Source: Laspinema sp. D2d (GTDB lineage Bacteria > Cyanobacteriota > Cyanobacteriia > Cyanobacteriales > Laspinemataceae). Taken from it: DNA of 64,000 nt. The notes under the pieces were generated by a model that ran no database searches, was not told the DNA's origin, and worked only from the letters and a program-made list of their open reading frames with translations. The stretch covers positions 145,505-209,504 of the forward strand of contig NZ_JAMXFC010000004.1 of assembly GCF_025370755.1 (NCBI RefSeq), given 5' to 3'. Position numbers and translations under genes: made by a program. Of this stretch, positions 59,861 to 64,000 are shown piece after piece. Within the stretch, counting starts at the first letter, position 1; each line of letters opens with the position of its first letter.

Positions 59861-62800
59861 ATGGGAGCTATCTTTTCAAGATTTCAACTCAAAATTCCCC
59901 TGCAACTCCTTTTAAATGTACCGCTTGTCCTACTCTTAGTTTTGACGGTAGGACTGACGAATTCTCTGTTGTTGCATCGCAGTCATGAAGCCACCCGGGT
60001 GATTGCCCATGAATTAATGAGGAAAGCGGGTGCTAGGGTGGATTTGTACCTGGATAACTATTTCTCTCTAGCTGAACAGATTACGAGAAGTAATGTGAAT
60101 GCAGTTGCGTTTGAGCGCCTTGATCCCCATAATTTAGAGGAGATAGAACGCCAACTGATTTGGGAAATTTCTAGCTTCACTCAGATTCCCTATATTCTGT
60201 ATGCCAATGAACAAGGGGATGTTAGAATTGCCCAGAATTTGGAGGGGAAAACGACCCTAGGGGTGATTAATCATTCCCATCCTCAGACTTTTGAGGAATA
60301 CGAGATCACGGCTAACGGTCAAAGGAGCCTAGAACCTCTACAAAGGGAAGATCTCTCGTCAGATTGGGATATTCGAGAACGTCCCTGGTATCGCGCCGCC
60401 AAACAGCAGCAAGGACCCGTCTGGACTCCTCCGTTCCAACTTTGGAATACCCAAGAGTTTGCGATTAATGCGAGTTGGCCGATTAGGGACCCTGTTACCC
60501 ACACCCTGATTGGAGTGTTTGGGATTACCTTACCTCTGAGCCAAGTCAATCAGTTTTTACAACCCATTAAATTAGCGGAATCTGGGGTTGTTTTTATCAT
60601 AGAACCCAACGGGAAATTAATTGCGAGTTCTAGTGCAAAATCCCCTTTAAATCAAAGTTTACAGGCCATCCTCCAATTGAAAGAAACCCGGGAAAGTTCT
60701 GAGCATTTTCTACGCTCAACCCGGGACTATTTACTTTCAAAACTGCCGAATTGGAGTCAGACCCAGAGCCTTAAACAGTGGGATTTTATGGAGGGAGGTA
60801 AACATTATTTTGCCCATAGCCAGTCCTATCAAAAGGGAAAGAATAGCCTGGATTGGCGGATTATAATGGTGATCCCGGAAGCGGATTTAATGGAACCGTT
60901 GAATGAATCCTTTAAACAGAGTATGGGGTTGGGATTCTTCGCCGTTATGGTAGCAGTGGCCCTGGGGACCTGCTTGACTCATTGGATTGCTCGTCCGATT
61001 GTGATTCTCAGCCAAACTGCTGCTACTTTAGCGCACGGGGATTTACAGCGAAATTTGGATGAAAATTTGCCCATTCAGGAACTGGCGGGGATGGCGCGAT
61101 CGTTCAATCAAATGTCTGTACAATTGCGGGATGCTTTTGCTCGTCTACAGACCAATTTGTACGAGTCTGAAGCGCGATATGCTACCATTTTTCGTCATAG
61201 TCCCGATCCGATTCTTATTACCCATGTCCAAAGTAGATGCTTGCTGGATATGAATAACGCTTTTTTAGAATTATCGGGCTATGAATATGATGAATTGAGC
61301 AATCGCTCTTCTAAAGATATTAATCTGATTATTGACCCGGAAGAAGCGGATATCATCCGGCAACAACTGCGAGAAACCGGGGTGGTTAAAAATCAAGAAT
61401 TGCACTGGCGTACCAAATCAGGAGATATTAAATTTTCTTTGGTTTCTTGCGAAGTCATTCAACTGGAGGGGGAACCTGTTATTCTTTCGATTTTGAAAGA
61501 CATTACGGAACGCCAAGCCATTGAAGGAGCGTTGCGTGAAAGTGAAGAACGATTTCGGGAGATTGTCCAGACGATTGCACAGATGTTTTTTGTGCGATCG
61601 GCCAGAACAGGAGAGTTTATTTATATTAGTCCAGCTTACGAAGCCATCTGGGGACGAAGCTGTGAAAGTTTGTATCGAGATTCTAACTCCTGGCAGGAAT
61701 CAATTTATCCCGAAGACCGCCCTTTGGTGGAGAGCTCTCTCACTGAACAATTTACCGGAAAGCCGGTGCAAAGAGAATATCGAATCCGCCGACCCAATGG
61801 GGAAATTCGCTGGATTTTTGCTCAAGTTAACCTCTTGCAGGATGAAGCGGGTAACCCCGATCGCTTCATCGGGTTTGGGGAAGATATCACCTCTCGCAAA
61901 GCGCTGGAATTAGCACTCACGGCTTCTGAACAAAAGTTAAATGATATTCTCAATAGCTCGATCGCCGCGATCGTGCGAGTTAAAATCTTGAGCAATCAAG
62001 AGTGGGAAATAGATTATTTATCTGCCGGATGTGAAACCGTCTTTGGCTATACTCCCCAAGACTTTTTGCAGGATAAATCCATTTGGATGGCTCGCATCGT
62101 CCCGGAGGATTTAGAACAGGTAATTTTCCCTTTATTTGATAAAATTTTTCAAGAAACAACGAGCAGTTTTGAGTATCGATTCCAACATAAAGCGGGTAGC
62201 CTTCGCTACTTAGCAACCCGATACACCTCTCGATTTGAACCCCAGGAAAATTGCTGGTTTGTTACTCAGGTCACCGTTGATATTACCGATCGCAAACAGA
62301 CGGAAGCCGCCCTCAAACAAAGTGAAGAACAATATCGGCGGATTGTGGAAACGGCTAATGAGGGAATTTGGAGCATTGATGCCCAAGACTGCACGAATTT
62401 TGTCAATCCAAAAATGGCTGAACTTCTCGGATATACCCCCGAAGAAATGCTGGGAAAATCCCTCTTGTATTTTATGGATGAAGTGGGAAAACAAGAAGCT
62501 CAAGAAAAATTAGAGCGGCGTAGACAAGGACTCATCGAGCAGCATGATTTTCTATTTTATTGCAAAAATGGCGCACCCCTTTGGACCCTGCTCTCAGCTA
62601 CCCCAATTTTTAATGAATCCGGAGAGTATAGAGGGAGTTTGGCAATGGTAACGGACATTACCACCCGCAAACAAACTGAACAGGCCCTAGCTCGAAAAAC
62701 CCAGCAGGAACACCTCTTAAATCAAGTTATTCAAGCGATTCATCAATCCCTCGATTTAAGTACCATTTTCTCCACCGCCACTACGGGGATTGCGAAACTG

Positions 62801-64000
62801 GTTGATTTTGAGCGCGCTTCTATCGTTCGTTATCTCCCGGAACAGGGAGTCTGGACTCATTTATATTCCTATAATAACGAGTCGGAATTACCAGAAGAAG
62901 TCGCTGAAGATATCCCCGATGCAGGCAATCCCTTTGCTGCACAACTCAAACAATTGCAAGTGGTGGTGGTGGATACCAATACCATTGACGACCCCATTAA
63001 TGAAGAATTAGCCCGCGATCGCCAAGGCGCTTGGTTATTAGTTCCTCTCGCCGTAAACGGCACAATTTGGGGTTCTTTGAGTTTATGGAGTCCCAAATAT
63101 CTCCCTTGGCAAGAGGACGAAATCGAACTCACTCGGCGAGTCGTAGAACCCTTGGCGATCGCCATTCATCAAGCGAATCTCTATCAAGAAAGCCAAGAAG
63201 CCCAGGCGGCTTTTCAAGATAGCGAATCCCGGTTACGGTTAGCCCTAGAAGTTTCCAATACCCTGGCTTGGGAACGAGACCTCATCACCAATCAAATCGT
63301 CTTCTCAGGCACAACTGTTGATTCAGTTCCTCAAGTGATTTCTTACCCAGAATATCTCGCCCTTGTTCACCCGGAAGATCGAGAAGAATTGCAGGAATTA
63401 AATGAAGAAATAATTTGCCACGGAGGAGGGTTTAAAACAGAATATAGAATTAATTTCCCCCCAACTTATCAGGAATGGCGGTGGATTCAGGTTCATGCTC
63501 AGGTAGTCCCTGATGGGACTGGAATCTCTCATCGCATGATCGGAATGTCCATTGATATGACCGAGCGCAAGCAGTCTGAAGACGTCTTAAAAATCACTTT
63601 AAATCGACTGCAAAACCTGGCCCGGGCAGTACCGGGCACTATTTATTCTCTAGTTAAACATCCCGATGGTTCCCTTGAATTTGAATATATTAATCAGGCC
63701 ATCGAAGAAATTTTAGAAATCCCCTTGAATCAAATCTTTCAAAACGTGGAAGCCGCTCTTACCAATCCGATTCATCCTGAAGATAAAGCGGGATATTTGG
63801 AAGCCGTTAAAGCTTCTCGTGAAACCTTTAAAGTATTTAAACATGAATGGCGAATTTTTACCCCCTCGGGAAAAGTGAAATGGCTGCAAGAAAACTCGCA
63901 ACCCGAGCAACGGGAAAATGGAGATATAGTTTGGCATGGCATTCTTTTAGATGTTAGCGATCGCAAATTAGTTGAAGAAAAACTTCGCCAGAGTCAAAAT
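59861..64000 (+). CDS. multi-sensor signal-transduction protein, 5' partial (TM - periplasmic Cache-like domain - TM - HAMP - PAS x4-5 - GAF - PAS ...). It continues beyond the window.
   Basis: I translated this frame by hand from the ATG at 59861 to 64000 and found no stop. The two hydrophobic segments flank a ~290-aa extracytoplasmic region. HAMP (ATLAHGDLQRNLDE...MARSFNQMSVQL) is followed by repeated PAS/PAC units (DITERKQ/DITDRKQ/DITTRKQ spacers). A GAF-like block then follows. The ORF is absent from the supplied track because it has no stop within the window. Confidence 0.85.
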   Translation, partial: MGAIFSRFQLKIPLQLLLNVPLVLLLVLTVGLTNSLLLHRSHEATRVIAHELMRKAGARVDLYLDNYFSLAEQITRSNVNAVAFERLDPHNLEEIERQLIWEISSFTQIPYILYANEQGDVRIAQNLEGKTTLGVINHSHPQTFEEYEITANGQRSLEPLQREDLSSDWDIRERPWYRAAKQQQGPVWTPPFQLWNTQEFAINASWPIRDPVTHTLIGVFGITLPLSQVNQFLQPIKLAESGVVFIIEPNGKLIASSSAKSPLNQSLQAILQLKETRESSEHFLRSTRDYLLSKLPNWSQTQSLKQWDFMEGGKHYFAHSQSYQKGKNSLDWRIIMVIPEADLMEPLNESFKQSMGLGFFAVMVAVALGTCLTHWIARPIVILSQTAATLAHGDLQRNLDENLPIQELAGMARSFNQMSVQLRDAFARLQTNLYESEARYATIFRHSPDPILITHVQSRCLLDMNNAFLELSGYEYDELSNRSSKDINLIIDPEEADIIRQQLRETGVVKNQELHWRTKSGDIKFSLVSCEVIQLEGEPVILSILKDITERQAIEGALRESEERFREIVQTIAQMFFVRSARTGEFIYISPAYEAIWGRSCESLYRDSNSWQESIYPEDRPLVESSLTEQFTGKPVQREYRIRRPNGEIRWIFAQVNLLQDEAGNPDRFIGFGEDITSRKALELALTASEQKLNDILNSSIAAIVRVKILSNQEWEIDYLSAGCETVFGYTPQDFLQDKSIWMARIVPEDLEQVIFPLFDKIFQETTSSFEYRFQHKAGSLRYLATRYTSRFEPQENCWFVTQVTVDITDRKQTEAALKQSEEQYRRIVETANEGIWSIDAQDCTNFVNPKMAELLGYTPEEMLGKSLLYFMDEVGKQEAQEKLERRRQGLIEQHDFLFYCKNGAPLWTLLSATPIFNESGEYRGSLAMVTDITTRKQTEQALARKTQQEHLLNQVIQAIHQSLDLSTIFSTATTGIAKLVDFERASIVRYLPEQGVWTHLYSYNNESELPEEVAEDIPDAGNPFAAQLKQLQVVVVDTNTIDDPINEELARDRQGAWLLVPLAVNGTIWGSLSLWSPKYLPWQEDEIELTRRVVEPLAIAIHQANLYQESQEAQAAFQDSESRLRLALEVSNTLAWERDLITNQIVFSGTTVDSVPQVISYPEYLALVHPEDREELQELNEEIICHGGGFKTEYRINFPPTYQEWRWIQVHAQVVPDGTGISHRMIGMSIDMTERKQSEDVLKITLNRLQNLARAVPGTIYSLVKHPDGSLEFEYINQAIEEILEIPLNQIFQNVEAALTNPIHPEDKAGYLEAVKASRETFKVFKHEWRIFTPSGKVKWLQENSQPEQRENGDIVWHGILLDVSDRKLVEEKLRQSQN

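Noticed and set aside
1-64000. CRISPR arrays, rRNA, integrase/transposase genes
   Set aside because: I found no regularly spaced direct repeats with unique spacers. No rRNA-like segments are present. No ORF with transposase (DDE) or integrase (tyrosine recombinase R..H..R..Y) signatures is present. The only mobile-looking elements are the short hairpin mini-repeats.

Overview
This 64 kb window looks like a cyanobacterial chromosomal segment. The HIP1 octamer GCGATCGC recurs throughout, both inside and between genes. I support about 37 protein-coding genes. I see no rRNA, no convincing tRNA and no CRISPR array.

The window has six blocks:
1. 575-10632: ion-transport and metabolic genes. These are two CPA1 Na+/H+ antiporters (one fused to a UspA-like domain), a CrtI-family FAD oxidoreductase, an alpha/beta hydrolase, a saccharopine-dehydrogenase-like protein plus an aldehyde dehydrogenase, and an FMN reductase.
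2. 10801-21826: a dense His-Asp phosphorelay island on the minus strand. It holds a CheY-like receiver, a CheC-like protein, a PAS hybrid kinase, a 1026-aa dual-kinase protein and a 1369-aa multi-PAS/GAF hybrid kinase. The N-terminus of the 1026-aa protein is a clear homolog of the plant ethylene-binding domain (EBD), with its Cys/His copper ligands conserved.
3. 22185-26852: a class-III aminotransferase, a conserved hypothetical protein and an orphan urease alpha subunit (ureC).
4. 27225-34750: an envelope and particle cluster. A secreted CHAT-domain protein with Pro/Thr tandem repeats is co-oriented with a putative outer-membrane beta-barrel. Next comes an 882-aa major vault protein (MVP) homolog whose C-terminal half, from my recollection of human MVP, matches it very closely.
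5. 34874-49274: housekeeping and surface genes. These include a PEP synthase-like enzyme, ComF, ribokinase, two tandem paralogous membrane proteins, a SWIM zinc-finger protein, a TPS/filamentous-hemagglutinin-type beta-helix protein, lipoprotein-anchored PQQ-sugar dehydrogenase and Mn-SOD, and a sensor kinase.
6. 49275-59860: a low-density, accessory-like stretch. It holds a DUF4157 HExxH protein, a 1.25 kb ORF-free gap, a pentapeptide-repeat protein, a divergent pair of a hypothetical protein and an AAA ATPase, a secreted acidic protein, and a co-oriented Tpt1/KptA - unknown - ThiF/E1-like trio.

A large multi-sensor protein (Cache-HAMP-PAS-GAF) starts at 59861 and runs off the right edge. 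It is absent from the ORF track. Two families of short GC-rich hairpin mini-repeats (core CCCCCCAACCCCC) are scattered in the intergenic regions.

The leads I rate highest are:
- the vault-protein homolog;
- the EBD-containing dual kinase;
- the CHAT/beta-barrel pair;
- the Tpt1-X-E1 cluster;
- the AAA ATPase pair;
- the long ORF-free gaps.
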